Below the pieces are notes generated by a model. That model saw nothing but the letters and a program-made list of their open reading frames with translations. It was not told the DNA's origin and made no database searches. Of a stretch of DNA of 64,000 nt, positions 19,684 to 29,598 are shown in pieces. The position numbers and the translations under genes were made by a program. Source of the DNA: Deltaproteobacteria bacterium (GTDB taxonomy: Bacteria; Desulfobacterota; GWC2-55-46; JADFVP01); the NCBI GenBank assembly GCA_029262515.1, contig JAJCZH010000018.1, positions 13,219-77,218 on the forward strand, read 5' to 3'. The stretch's first letter is position 1; each line of letters begins with the position of its first letter.

Positions 19684-20048
19684 AGCAGAGCTACAGATAT
19701 ATCATCGGTGCTCTTTCTCTCTTGGCAGCGATGATGATGGTGCCGAACGGCATGGCCGAGGCCGCAACCGCGAGAGATAATTACCGGACCTACTGCGCCC
19801 AGTGCCACGGAGTTAACGGCAGCGGCGGGGGAGTGAATACCGAGTCGATGAGTGTTCAGCCGCGCGACCATACGGACGCGAAGGGCATGAGCGGGCTCAC
19901 TGACGCCAAGCTTAAGAAGGCGATCGCCGAAGGGGGCCTCGCCGTCTCCAAGTCGGTACTGATGCCGCCGTGGCGCGCGACTTTTAACGATAAAGAGCTG
20001 GATGCACTTGTGGGGTATCTGCGCGAACTCTGCAAGTGCAGTGAGTGA
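19680..20048 (+). CDS. Monoheme cytochrome c (NcgC-like)
   Basis: Signal peptide, YCAQCHG, PRDHTD, KSVLMPPW. Confidence 0.88.
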   Translation: MKQSYRYIIGALSLLAAMMMVPNGMAEAATARDNYRTYCAQCHGVNGSGGGVNTESMSVQPRDHTDAKGMSGLTDAKLKKAIAEGGLAVSKSVLMPPWRATFNDKELDALVGYLRELCKCSE

Positions 20049-20098
20049 AGTTGATGCTATTGCGCAGATTAAAAACTAATATAAGAAGGAGTAATTAT

Positions 20099-21043
20099 AT
20101 GAGGAGTTTGAGGCTACTGTTTACGATGGCGCTCTTTGTGGCCTTTACGCTTGGAGTCTTCGCACTTGGCAGTGTGGCTGATGCAAAGACCGTCAAGGTG
20201 AAGCTGACGAGCAAGGAGGTTGACTGGAAGTACGATAATGCGGGCTCTACGACACGGGCCTTTACCTTTGACGGCCAGATACCGGGGCCGGTAGTACGCG
20301 TGACCGAGGGTGATACGGTAGACTTTGTGCTCACCAACGACAAGAGCAACAAGAACTCGCACTCAATGGACTTTCATGCCGCACGGGTGAACGTCTTAAG
20401 CGAGTTCGCTCCGATCAAACCCGGCAAGACCAAGAAGTTCAAGTTCAAGGCAACCAAGCCAGGTATCTTCTTCTACCACTGCGGCGCCGCCCCGATGCAG
20501 GAGCATATAGCGCGCGGCATGTTCGGCGTAATCATCGTCGACCCAAAGAACGATACCCGCCCCAAGGCCGACAGGGAGTATGTGCTTGTTCAGTCCGAGG
20601 TCTATGACGACCCGGAGACTCTGCAGCAGACCCCGTTCAAACATGTGGTCTTCAATGGCCGCGCATTCCGTTACGATCCTGTACACGACCCGAAGGCTTC
20701 GGGCAACATGCTGGTTGCCAAACCGGGCGAGAGGGTGAGGATCTATTTTGCAAACGCAGGGCCGCATGAGTTCTCGGCCTTCCATCCGATTGCCGGAATA
20801 TGGGAAAATGTCTGGATATCGGGTAACCCGAAGAACGAGCTTACCGGCGTGCAGACCTATACGGTCGGCCCTGGCGATGCCTCTACCTTCGACCTGATCT
20901 CTCCGGTTGAAGGCGGTAACGCCATCGTAACCCACTCCTTAAAAGGCGCGCTTACCGGCGGTATCGCGGTAATCGTCCTTAAGAACAAGCTTACGCCTGA
21001 GGAGGAGAAGCTCGGCAAGAACGGTAACTATATAGTTAAGTAG
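20099..21043 (+). CDS. nirK: Copper-containing nitrite reductase NirK
   Basis: AAGGAG RBS; HSMDFH (catalytic Asp), YHC..MQEHIARGM, AFHPIAG (catalytic His), VTHS. Confidence 0.9.
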   Translation: MRSLRLLFTMALFVAFTLGVFALGSVADAKTVKVKLTSKEVDWKYDNAGSTTRAFTFDGQIPGPVVRVTEGDTVDFVLTNDKSNKNSHSMDFHAARVNVLSEFAPIKPGKTKKFKFKATKPGIFFYHCGAAPMQEHIARGMFGVIIVDPKNDTRPKADREYVLVQSEVYDDPETLQQTPFKHVVFNGRAFRYDPVHDPKASGNMLVAKPGERVRIYFANAGPHEFSAFHPIAGIWENVWISGNPKNELTGVQTYTVGPGDASTFDLISPVEGGNAIVTHSLKGALTGGIAVIVLKNKLTPEEEKLGKNGNYIVK

Positions 21044-21081
21044 TACCGTTTAGTAACTTTTTTGTCTTATCTGTTGTAACT

Positions 21082-21120
21082 GAAAGAGAGCGGGCAGCTA
21101 CTGCCGCCCCGCTCTCTTTC
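21082..21120 (+). terminator. Terminator hairpin after nirK
   Basis: gaaagagagcggg...cccgctctctttc 13-bp stem. Confidence 0.7.
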
Positions 21121-21304
21121 TATTCAAGGCCTCATTCCACTTTATACGCGTTCCCCCTTTTGCAGGCCCAGTCTCTCCGGGCAGCCTGTCACTTTATACA
21201 AAATTTTCTCTATTATGCCGATATACCGCTTCGTTATTTCACAGCATGAAATGCGTTGAGTAATGCTGGGCAACCTGTTTTAATCAGCTGGTAAGGAGAG
21301 GTGT

Positions 21305-24016
21305 ATGCCGGTTGTGCTTGATGCAATTATAGAGGACCTGAGGCTGGGCGCTACCGTGCTTACGGTAAACAGGCGCCTGTCTCAACATCTCCATGCCGAG
21401 TATAACGGTGCGCAGTTGAGGGCCGGCAAGAGCGCCTGGGAGACTCCGTCCGTTCTGCCCATAGGGGCGTGGCTGGACGGGTTCTATAAAGAGAGTATCC
21501 GTGCTTTGGGGCGGCAGACTGCCCCGCTTCTTGGTGAGAACCGTTCACGCACCCTCTGGTTGAGGGTGGTCGAGAGGGGCTGTACCGAGGAGCAGCGAGG
21601 GTTACTCTCTGCCCAGGGGGTCGGTGAGAGCTCGTACGGCGCATATAAGTTGATGGGCGAGTACAACCTGAGTTCTTTAGGTTCCGAACTATATATGACA
21701 GATGAGGTCAAGGCCTTCGACGGCTGGTTGAAGGCCTACAGGCGTTCGCTCTCGGACCTCGGTTTTATAGACAGGACTCAACTTAAAGCGCGTGTTGTCG
21801 AGCTTATAAACGAGGGCGCCGGGCCCTTGCCGGGTGTTGTGCTGTTCTCGGGTTTCGATGAGCTGACTCCCTTTGTGCGTCTCTTGAGCTCAAGTCTCAG
21901 GGGCGCAGGCGTAAGGGTTGAGAGGCTTGATGCCGGTACGGCGGTAGACGAAACAGTTCAAACGATGCCGGTCGTCAGGAGGTACATTGACGAGGTGGCG
22001 GAGGTGAGGGCGGCTGCAAGATGGGTGCGCAAAAAGTTGAACTCTTATAATCGCACTGTCGGGGTTGTGGTGCCTGACCTTGGCAGGTACCGGGCGCTGC
22101 TGCAACGCGAGTTTTCGGCCGAGCTCGACCCTAAGAGCGTGCTGCCGTGGCAAGAGTTCGAGGGGGTCTATAATATCTCTTTAGGCGCACCACTCTACGA
22201 TACCCCACTTGTACGGTCGGCTTTTGATCTGCTCTCGATTTCCGGCGCTGAAATAGAGCTGCTCTCCACCTCGTCGCTGCTCTTGTCGAGATACCTTGCA
22301 GGATCAGAAGAGAGGCAACTGGCGCTTGCGCAACTCGATGTCGAGCTTAAGAGAAAGAAGGTCGCTTCTGTTTCGCTTGCTGAATTGAGGTCGTTGCTCG
22401 AAGAGAAGGGCGGCGCTCTTCTTTCTGCTACCGCAAAAAAAATCGGCGGCTGGCTCGATAGACTCAAGGCCGAGAACTCGCCGGACTTACCGTCCGTCTG
22501 GGCCGGCAGGTTCGCAACTCTTCTCGCTTTACTCGGTTGGCCCTCTACCGGCTCGCCACTTTCAAGCTCCGAGTATCAGAGTATTGAGGCCTTTAAGTCT
22601 GTTCTTGGCGAGTTCTCCGGTTTTGACGATATGCTCGGCAGGTTGACGCGTCCGGAGGCCGTTTCTCACTTGAGAAGAGTCGCGATAGAGACGATCCACC
22701 AGGTAGAGAGCCCGGACTCTTCGGTTCAGGTGCTCGGTATCTTCGAGGCGTCGGGGTTGACATTCGACTCTCTCTTGCTGCTCGGTGCTGATTCAAACGC
22801 GCTGCCGGGCCCGCGCAACCCAAACCCTTTTATACCGATAGAGATACAGAAGCAACTCGATTTTCAGGATTCTACCCCCGAGCGGACTCTTCTGTTTGCC
22901 GCAGGCGTGCTGGCGCGGGTTATTGGCAGCGCAACGGATGTCGAGATCAGTTACGCGTCTTGCTTCGGCGGTGTCGAGTCCGGGCTGAGCCCGCTCTTGA
23001 AGTCGTACGAAGTTATAGGCGCAGGTTTTGCCAAAGAGCCTGGAAGTTCATTAAAGGAAAGGTCCCGCTGGTCTACTGTTCTGGAGGAAATGCCGAATGA
23101 GTTGAAGGTACCTATGACTCACGATGAGTTGACCTGGCTCGTTGGCGGTACCGGCATAGTCAAGGACCAGTCCGCCTGCCCTTTCAGGGCTTTTGCCGTA
23201 CACAGGCTAGGTGCGCGCTCTGTCGCTGCAATAGAGCCGGGCTTCGACGCGATGGACAGGGGTACTACTCTCCACGAGGCGCTTAAATTCTTCTGGCGTA
23301 AGGTTCGGGATTCGAGAAACCTCAAAGATGCGGTTGAAAAAGGCGAGCTCGACTCTCTCGTCAAGGAGGCGGTAGGATTGGCAATCGGAAACTCGACGGG
23401 CCGTAATCTTCCTGTGGCGTATCTTGAGCTTGAGGCCGCGCGTGTTGAGGCGCTTGTATCCGAATGGCTTACGCTTGAGCTCTCAAGAGAGTCCTTTACC
23501 GTAAAAGCTACCGAGTGCGCAGAGGAGATTGAGGTAGGCGGACTTCAACTCCGTGCCCGTTTTGACCGCGTCGATACCCTTGAAAACGGCGGCGAGCTGA
23601 TAATAGATTATAAAACCGGAGAGTGTAAACAGGACTTCTGGCTACCGGGCAGGCCCAAGGAGCCGCAACTGCTTCTGTACGACCTTGCCGGTGATTTCGA
23701 TGCACTCGCATTTGCGCGGGTTAAACTCAAGGGCACAAAGTTTGTCGGTGTTGCCAGGGACGGGGCCGGTCTTCCGGGCATCAAACCGATAAACGAGGAC
23801 AGGTGGACTGAGAAGATCGAAGGCGTAGAGAACTGGGACGACCTTAAGGCGCGCTGGAGAGAGACACTCGAGGCAATCGTCGGAGAGTTTACCGACGGCG
23901 TGGTGCGCGTGGAACCGGACTCCACCTTTGAAGGGCAGGGTCACCCCTGTACCTTCTGCGACCTCACGCCGCTTTGCAGAAGGTATGAGCTCAATAAGGG
24001 GCCGAGGCGAGAATAG
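21305..24016 (+). CDS. AddB-like DNA repair protein (inactive helicase fold plus PD-(D/E)XK nuclease with Fe-S cysteines)
   Basis: VLTVNRRLS, GFDE, ACPFRAFA, RFDRVD, IIDYKTG, QLLLY, CTFCDLTPLC. Confidence 0.85.
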   Translation: MPVVLDAIIEDLRLGATVLTVNRRLSQHLHAEYNGAQLRAGKSAWETPSVLPIGAWLDGFYKESIRALGRQTAPLLGENRSRTLWLRVVERGCTEEQRGLLSAQGVGESSYGAYKLMGEYNLSSLGSELYMTDEVKAFDGWLKAYRRSLSDLGFIDRTQLKARVVELINEGAGPLPGVVLFSGFDELTPFVRLLSSSLRGAGVRVERLDAGTAVDETVQTMPVVRRYIDEVAEVRAAARWVRKKLNSYNRTVGVVVPDLGRYRALLQREFSAELDPKSVLPWQEFEGVYNISLGAPLYDTPLVRSAFDLLSISGAEIELLSTSSLLLSRYLAGSEERQLALAQLDVELKRKKVASVSLAELRSLLEEKGGALLSATAKKIGGWLDRLKAENSPDLPSVWAGRFATLLALLGWPSTGSPLSSSEYQSIEAFKSVLGEFSGFDDMLGRLTRPEAVSHLRRVAIETIHQVESPDSSVQVLGIFEASGLTFDSLLLLGADSNALPGPRNPNPFIPIEIQKQLDFQDSTPERTLLFAAGVLARVIGSATDVEISYASCFGGVESGLSPLLKSYEVIGAGFAKEPGSSLKERSRWSTVLEEMPNELKVPMTHDELTWLVGGTGIVKDQSACPFRAFAVHRLGARSVAAIEPGFDAMDRGTTLHEALKFFWRKVRDSRNLKDAVEKGELDSLVKEAVGLAIGNSTGRNLPVAYLELEAARVEALVSEWLTLELSRESFTVKATECAEEIEVGGLQLRARFDRVDTLENGGELIIDYKTGECKQDFWLPGRPKEPQLLLYDLAGDFDALAFARVKLKGTKFVGVARDGAGLPGIKPINEDRWTEKIEGVENWDDLKARWRETLEAIVGEFTDGVVRVEPDSTFEGQGHPCTFCDLTPLCRRYELNKGPRRE

Positions 24017-24036
24017 TAGAAAGGGCAGGAATATCT

Positions 24037-27000
24037 ATGGTTGACGCTAATGGAGTGGTTACAGATAAGAGCGAGCGGGAAGAGGCTCTCGATCCGTCGC
24101 GCTCTTTTATCGTGCAGGCGCCGGCAGGGTCTGGCAAGACCGCGCTCCTGATACAGCGTTTCCTGCGTCTTCTCTCCCATGTTGCCCGCCCGGAAGAGGT
24201 GCTCGCGATTACCTTTACCAAAAAGGCGGCATCCGAGATGCATGAGCGCATCTTCGATGCGTTGCAGAGGGCCGGGGCTGGAGAGCAGACTACGGATGAA
24301 AATAGCGAGGTGACTCTCGGGTACGGACGCGAGGCCCTTAAGAGGGACGCTGCCTTTGGCTGGGGCCTGTTGGAGAATCCGGCTCGTTTGCAGGTGCAGA
24401 CGATTGACTCTTTCTGCGCAACGCTTTCCAGGAGGATGCCGCTTATGTCGAAGCTCGGCGCCAACCTCGCTGTCTGTGAGAGTCCGGGTGAGCTTTATGC
24501 CGAGGCCGCGCGGCGTACGGTTAAGATGGTAGAACTCGATAACGGAGACGGTTATGCGGTACGTCAGGTACTTAAACAGCACGATAACTCAATTATAGAT
24601 GTAGAGCGTAAGCTCGTGGTTATGCTCTCGAAGCGGGAGCAGTGGCTGCGCCATACTCTAAGCGTCTCCGTCGAAGAGGATCTGCGCCCTCTGCTCGAAG
24701 CCTCAGTTAGAAGGCTTGTGGAGGCAGAGCTTGAGAAGGTAGCCGGGATTTTCCCGCCCAAGTTCATTCCCCCTCTTGTAGGGGCTGCCCGTTATGCCGG
24801 AGCCAATACAGCGGCCGCCGGGCACAAGAACGCAATAGCAGAGCTTGGCGAACTCGACGGCCTGCCGGGCGCTGACGGTACCGGGCTCAGGCTCTGGAGG
24901 GCTCTGGCCGAGCTGCTTGTTACGCAGAAGGGCGAGTGGAGAAAAGCGGGCGGCGTAACGGTAAGGATCGGTTTTCCATCTGATAAAAAAGACCCGAAAG
25001 CCGTAAAGCAGAAAGAGGATTTTAAGGGCTTGCTCGGCGAGCTGAGTTCGGATGACAGGCTTCTGGCCAGGCTTCACGGTCTGCGCTCTCTGCCGGAGAC
25101 CTCTTACACGGACGACGACTGGAGTACGCTAGAATCGTTGCTCCATCTTCTGCCTATTGCCGTTAGCCACTTAAGAGATGTCTTCGGGTCGGAGAGGGTT
25201 ATAGATTTTTCCGAAATATCAATGGCGGCTATCTCGGCGCTCGGCCCCGACGATCTTCCTACCGACCTGATGCTCTCGCTCGACAATACCTTCTCCCATA
25301 TTCTCGTTGACGAGTACCAGGATACCTCTTGGACACAGGTCACTCTCTTGAGAGCCATGACGCGCGGCTGGGAGCCCGGAGACGGTCGAACGCTCTTTAT
25401 TGTCGGCGACCCCATGCAGTCGATCTATCTTTTCAGGGACGCCGAGGTAGGGCTCTTTCTCGATGCTAGGCAGAGCGGAATAGGTGCTGTGACACTGACC
25501 CCGCTGACTCTGCGGAGTAACTTCCGCTCCGACGGCCATATAGTCGAGTGGGTCAATAGAACCTTTAAAGGGGCTCTGCCCGCAACCGAAGACGCGCTTA
25601 CGGGCGCCGTGGTCTACGAAGAGTCGGTACCGTACAGGGCCGCGACCTACGGCGCCGAAGTGGATGTGAAGCTCTACCCCGTCCGTTCTGACGTTAAAGA
25701 GGCTGAGGAGATTGTAACAGTGCTAGGCGGAATAGACGGTACGGAGAGTCGTGCCGTGCTGGCGCGCTCGCGCAGCCACTTAGACTCTCTGGTCCCAAGG
25801 CTCAAGGCCGCGGGTATAGACTTTCAGGCCGAGGAGTTCGATCCGTTAAAAGAGAGGCCTGTCATACAGGATCTCTTCGCACTTACACGCGCGCTATTCC
25901 ATCCGGGTGATAGAGTTGCGTGGCTCGCTCTGCTCAGGGCACGGTGGTGCGGTTTGACTTTAAGAGAGCTTCATCTGCTCTGCGTAGGAGACCGGAAGAG
26001 TCCTATGCTTCGGCTTTTAAGGGACGGAGACCGGCTCGAGAGCTTCTCGCCTGAGGCGCACACAAGGCTTGTAAGACTGACCGATTCAATAGAGAGGGGT
26101 TTTGCGTTGCGCACAAGAGTAAGTCCGAGAAGGCTTCTCGAAGGGCTCTGGATAGCTATTGGCGGCCCTGCCTGTTATGAGGATGAGGACTCTCTGGCCG
26201 ATGCCGACCTCTTCTTCGATATGATCGAGTCGGTAAGTCTCGGCGGCGGCTTCTCTTCAATAGAGGCGCTCGAATCTCTTGTAGAGGCTCTCTATGCGAA
26301 ACACGCAGGAGTTGGTGATAACCCCGTGCTCCTGATGACGATCCATAAAGCGAAGGGGCTAGAGTTCGATCACGTTATATTGCCGGGGCTCGGCCGCAGG
26401 CCGCGGGGCAGTGAAAAGAGGCTGTTCCACTGGATGGAGCGCGGAGAAGACCTTCTGCTCGCGCCACTGGAGAAGAAGGGGGAGAAGAAAGGCGCAGGTG
26501 AAGAGAGCAAGCTCTACAAGTACCTTGAGGGCATCAGGAAGGAGAAGGAGCGACTGGAGGCCGCGCGCCTCTTTTATGTGGCGGTTACGCGGGCGAAGAA
26601 ACGGCTCTACCTCTTCGGTTCCGTCACAAAGTTCGAAGGCGGTAAAAGCTCCAATCAGTCTTCTGAAGAGGTTTCGCTAGAAGAAGTTTCTGTTGAAAAG
26701 AGTTCTTTTCTCGGTACCATTAAGCATCGACTTGATTATGATATGGTTTCGGCCAATACGTTTGCCGATAATAGCCCGGATGAAGATGGTACAGCTGGGG
26801 AGCAGGCAGTACCGTTATTAAAACGGCTGCCGATTAGCTGGCACTCTCCTGAGCCTGTTGAGGCAGCAGGCGGTAGTGCAGGTATGGACGTTGTCGCTGC
26901 TGAGCGGGACGAAGAGAGGCTGAAGTACGACTGGGCGACAATTGCCGCCAGTTACGTCGGAACAGCCGTGCATGCATGGTTCTGCAAGATAGCTGCCGAG

Positions 27001-27507
27001 GGGCTAGGTTTATGGAACCGGGAGAGGTTGGAAGGCGAGATCGGCAGGATGGAGTCCGAGCTGCTCTCGCTCGGTATAAACAGAAAAGAGGTCTCGGGAG
27101 TAGCGAAGAAGGCGCTCGGTCTGGTAGCGAACGCGCTCGATGATGATACGGGTCGCTGGGTGCTCGGTGAGCACCCGGTAGAACAGAAAGAAGAACAGAA
27201 AGAAAAAAGGAAAGAAGGAGATGGAGAAGCGAAGGTCGAGTGGGCGTTGAGCGGCATGATCGAAGGGCGCATAGTAGAGATAGTCATAGACAGGTCATTC
27301 GTGGACGTTGACGGCGTGCGCTGGATAATAGATTATAAGACCGGACGGCACGAGGGAAGCTCTGTCGAGGACTTTATCGCCGCCGAGCGCAACCGTTACG
27401 CTTCGCAGCTCGAGAGGTACGAGAGGGTTTTAAGAGAGTTCGGCGAGAGCCGTGAGATCAAAAAGGCCCTCTACTATCCTGCCCTCAAGAGGCTCGTTGA
27501 ACTGTAG
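24037..27507 (+). CDS. AddA-like UvrD-family helicase/nuclease
   Basis: APAGSGKT, AITFTKKAA, LVDEYQDT, VGDPMQSIY, NFRS, MTIHKAKGLEF, YVAVTRAK, IDR..IIDYKTG. Confidence 0.9.
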   Translation: MVDANGVVTDKSEREEALDPSRSFIVQAPAGSGKTALLIQRFLRLLSHVARPEEVLAITFTKKAASEMHERIFDALQRAGAGEQTTDENSEVTLGYGREALKRDAAFGWGLLENPARLQVQTIDSFCATLSRRMPLMSKLGANLAVCESPGELYAEAARRTVKMVELDNGDGYAVRQVLKQHDNSIIDVERKLVVMLSKREQWLRHTLSVSVEEDLRPLLEASVRRLVEAELEKVAGIFPPKFIPPLVGAARYAGANTAAAGHKNAIAELGELDGLPGADGTGLRLWRALAELLVTQKGEWRKAGGVTVRIGFPSDKKDPKAVKQKEDFKGLLGELSSDDRLLARLHGLRSLPETSYTDDDWSTLESLLHLLPIAVSHLRDVFGSERVIDFSEISMAAISALGPDDLPTDLMLSLDNTFSHILVDEYQDTSWTQVTLLRAMTRGWEPGDGRTLFIVGDPMQSIYLFRDAEVGLFLDARQSGIGAVTLTPLTLRSNFRSDGHIVEWVNRTFKGALPATEDALTGAVVYEESVPYRAATYGAEVDVKLYPVRSDVKEAEEIVTVLGGIDGTESRAVLARSRSHLDSLVPRLKAAGIDFQAEEFDPLKERPVIQDLFALTRALFHPGDRVAWLALLRARWCGLTLRELHLLCVGDRKSPMLRLLRDGDRLESFSPEAHTRLVRLTDSIERGFALRTRVSPRRLLEGLWIAIGGPACYEDEDSLADADLFFDMIESVSLGGGFSSIEALESLVEALYAKHAGVGDNPVLLMTIHKAKGLEFDHVILPGLGRRPRGSEKRLFHWMERGEDLLLAPLEKKGEKKGAGEESKLYKYLEGIRKEKERLEAARLFYVAVTRAKKRLYLFGSVTKFEGGKSSNQSSEEVSLEEVSVEKSSFLGTIKHRLDYDMVSANTFADNSPDEDGTAGEQAVPLLKRLPISWHSPEPVEAAGGSAGMDVVAAERDEERLKYDWATIAASYVGTAVHAWFCKIAAEGLGLWNRERLEGEIGRMESELLSLGINRKEVSGVAKKALGLVANALDDDTGRWVLGEHPVEQKEEQKEKRKEGDGEAKVEWALSGMIEGRIVEIVIDRSFVDVDGVRWIIDYKTGRHEGSSVEDFIAAERNRYASQLERYERVLREFGESREIKKALYYPALKRLVEL

Positions 27508-27744
27508 AGTCTTTTTTGTAACAACCCTTTTTATAATAACCATCGTTAATCTATCTATTAAACTCACCTATGGTCATTTGCTCCAAGGTATGTTATCGTA
27601 TCGGGCTTAACCGGTTTAGAAGAGGGCGGCAGGCGCTCTCTTGAACCGGTTTCAGGTATTTATATCTGTTATCTCTGTGGAATTTTATCTGAATACGGGC
27701 ACAGTGGCAGAGCGGAAAGGTAGAGCAGTTTGAAGGAAGAAAAG

Positions 27745-29574
27745 ATGAATAGAAAAGAGAAGTTCAGAAATATAGCGATTATCGCTCACGTTGACCACGG
27801 CAAGACGACACTCGTGGATGCGATGTTGGCCCAGAGCGGTACCTTTGGGGCGCACCAGCATGTAGAGGAGCGCGTTATGGACTCCATGGACCTTGAGCGC
27901 GAGCGCGGCATAACAATAATGGCGAAGAATACCGCCGTCTGGCACGGCGATATAAAGATAAATATAGTCGATACGCCTGGCCATGCGGACTTTGGCGGAG
28001 AGGTGGAGCGGAGCCTCAACCTTGTTGACGGCGTGCTCTTGCTTGTGGACTCGAGCGAGGGGCCGTTGCCGCAGACCCGCTTTGTTGTCAAGAAGGCGTT
28101 AGCGCGCAATCTGCCGGTCATTCTGGTCATAAACAAGATAGACAGGGGGGATGCGCGGATAGAAGAGGTGCTCGACGAGGTCTACGACCTCTTTATAGAC
28201 CTCGACGCAACCGATGAGCAGATAGATTTCAAGGTGCTCTACACGAACGCAAAGGCCGGAGTAGCGCATGACGAACTCGATGACGGCTCCACCGACCTAG
28301 AACCGCTTTTCAAGAAGATCTTCTCAGAGATTCCGGGCCCTCTCGCAATAGACGATCACGTGCCCCAATTTCTCGTAACGAACATCGAGTACGACCCTTA
28401 TGTCGGTTCTGTGGCCGTAGGTAGGTTAAGCAACGGGGTGCTAGAAGTTAATAAGAACTACAGTCTCTGTGGAGAAGAGGGCATAAGAAATGGAGTCAAG
28501 CTCTCGGCCTGTTATACGTATAAGGGACTAAGCAAGGTGCCGGTGGAGAGGCTTGAGGCCGGAGATATCATAGCCGTTGCCGGGATAGACAACGTCAGGA
28601 TCGGAGACACGATCTCTTCAGATACTGAGCCGAAGCCGATGGAGCGTATAAATGTGGATGAGCCAACCGTTTCGATGATATTTTCAGTCATCAACGGCCC
28701 TCTTGCAGGTACGGAAGGAAAGTTTCTTACATCGCGCCATATCAAAGACAGGCTTGAGAAAGAGACGCTCGGTAATGTCTCGCTAAGGGTGCTGCCGACG
28801 GACCGCGCCGACGCCTTCGAGGTATACGGCAGGGGCGAGCTTCAGATGGCGATACTGATAGAGACCATGCGCAGAGAGGGCTACGAGTTCATGGTCTCAA
28901 AACCGCGCGTAATAACGCACGAAGAGAACGGTGTTGTCATGGAACCGATGGAGAAGGTCTTTATCGACGTGCCAGAAGACAAGGTCGGTATCGTGACCGA
29001 GAAACTCTCGGTAAGAAAAGGGCGCATGACCAATATGCAGAACCACGGACACGGCCGCGTAAATATGGAGTTCTCTATTCCGTCGAGAGGCCTCATTGGG
29101 TTCAGGAGCCAGTTTCTGACCGATACCAAGGGCGCTGGTATCATGAACGCCCTTGCCGACGGTTATGCAGAGTGGTGCGGGTCTATCGTGCAGCGCACGT
29201 CCGGCGCGCTCGTTGCCGACAGATCGGGCAAGTCCACGACCTTTGCGAGTTTTGCGATGCTCGACAGGGGGATGCTCTTTATAGAGGTCAGTACGGTGGT
29301 CTATGAAGGTATGGTAATTGGCGAGCGCAACCGGGCCGACGACCTTGTAGTCAATATCACCAAGGAGAAGAAACTCTCCAACATGCGCAGCTCCGGTGCC
29401 GATATCTCGATGACGCTCCAGCCGCCGCGCCTTCTTTCGCTCGACCAGTCGATAGAGTTTATCGCGGAGGACGAGCTTGTGGAGATCACCCCGGACTCTA
29501 TCCGGATTCGCAAGATGGAACTCGACAGCAACAGGCGTGGCGCGCAGCAGAAGAAGGATAAGCTCAAGGTCTAG
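27745..29574 (+). CDS. typA: Translational GTPase TypA/BipA
   Basis: RNIAIIAHVDHGKTT, RERGITI, DTPGHADFGGEVER, NKID, GRGELQ, DELVEITP. Confidence 0.97.
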   Translation: MNRKEKFRNIAIIAHVDHGKTTLVDAMLAQSGTFGAHQHVEERVMDSMDLERERGITIMAKNTAVWHGDIKINIVDTPGHADFGGEVERSLNLVDGVLLLVDSSEGPLPQTRFVVKKALARNLPVILVINKIDRGDARIEEVLDEVYDLFIDLDATDEQIDFKVLYTNAKAGVAHDELDDGSTDLEPLFKKIFSEIPGPLAIDDHVPQFLVTNIEYDPYVGSVAVGRLSNGVLEVNKNYSLCGEEGIRNGVKLSACYTYKGLSKVPVERLEAGDIIAVAGIDNVRIGDTISSDTEPKPMERINVDEPTVSMIFSVINGPLAGTEGKFLTSRHIKDRLEKETLGNVSLRVLPTDRADAFEVYGRGELQMAILIETMRREGYEFMVSKPRVITHEENGVVMEPMEKVFIDVPEDKVGIVTEKLSVRKGRMTNMQNHGHGRVNMEFSIPSRGLIGFRSQFLTDTKGAGIMNALADGYAEWCGSIVQRTSGALVADRSGKSTTFASFAMLDRGMLFIEVSTVVYEGMVIGERNRADDLVVNITKEKKLSNMRSSGADISMTLQPPRLLSLDQSIEFIAEDELVEITPDSIRIRKMELDSNRRGAQQKKDKLKV

Positions 29575-29598
29575 TGAGTGATGAGAGGCCAGGCAGTT

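Noticed and set aside
27697..27730. tRNA-like words (gtggcagagcgg, ggtagagca) before typA
   Set aside because: No T-arm GTTCRA, acceptor stem or CCA; the sequence runs into the typA RBS
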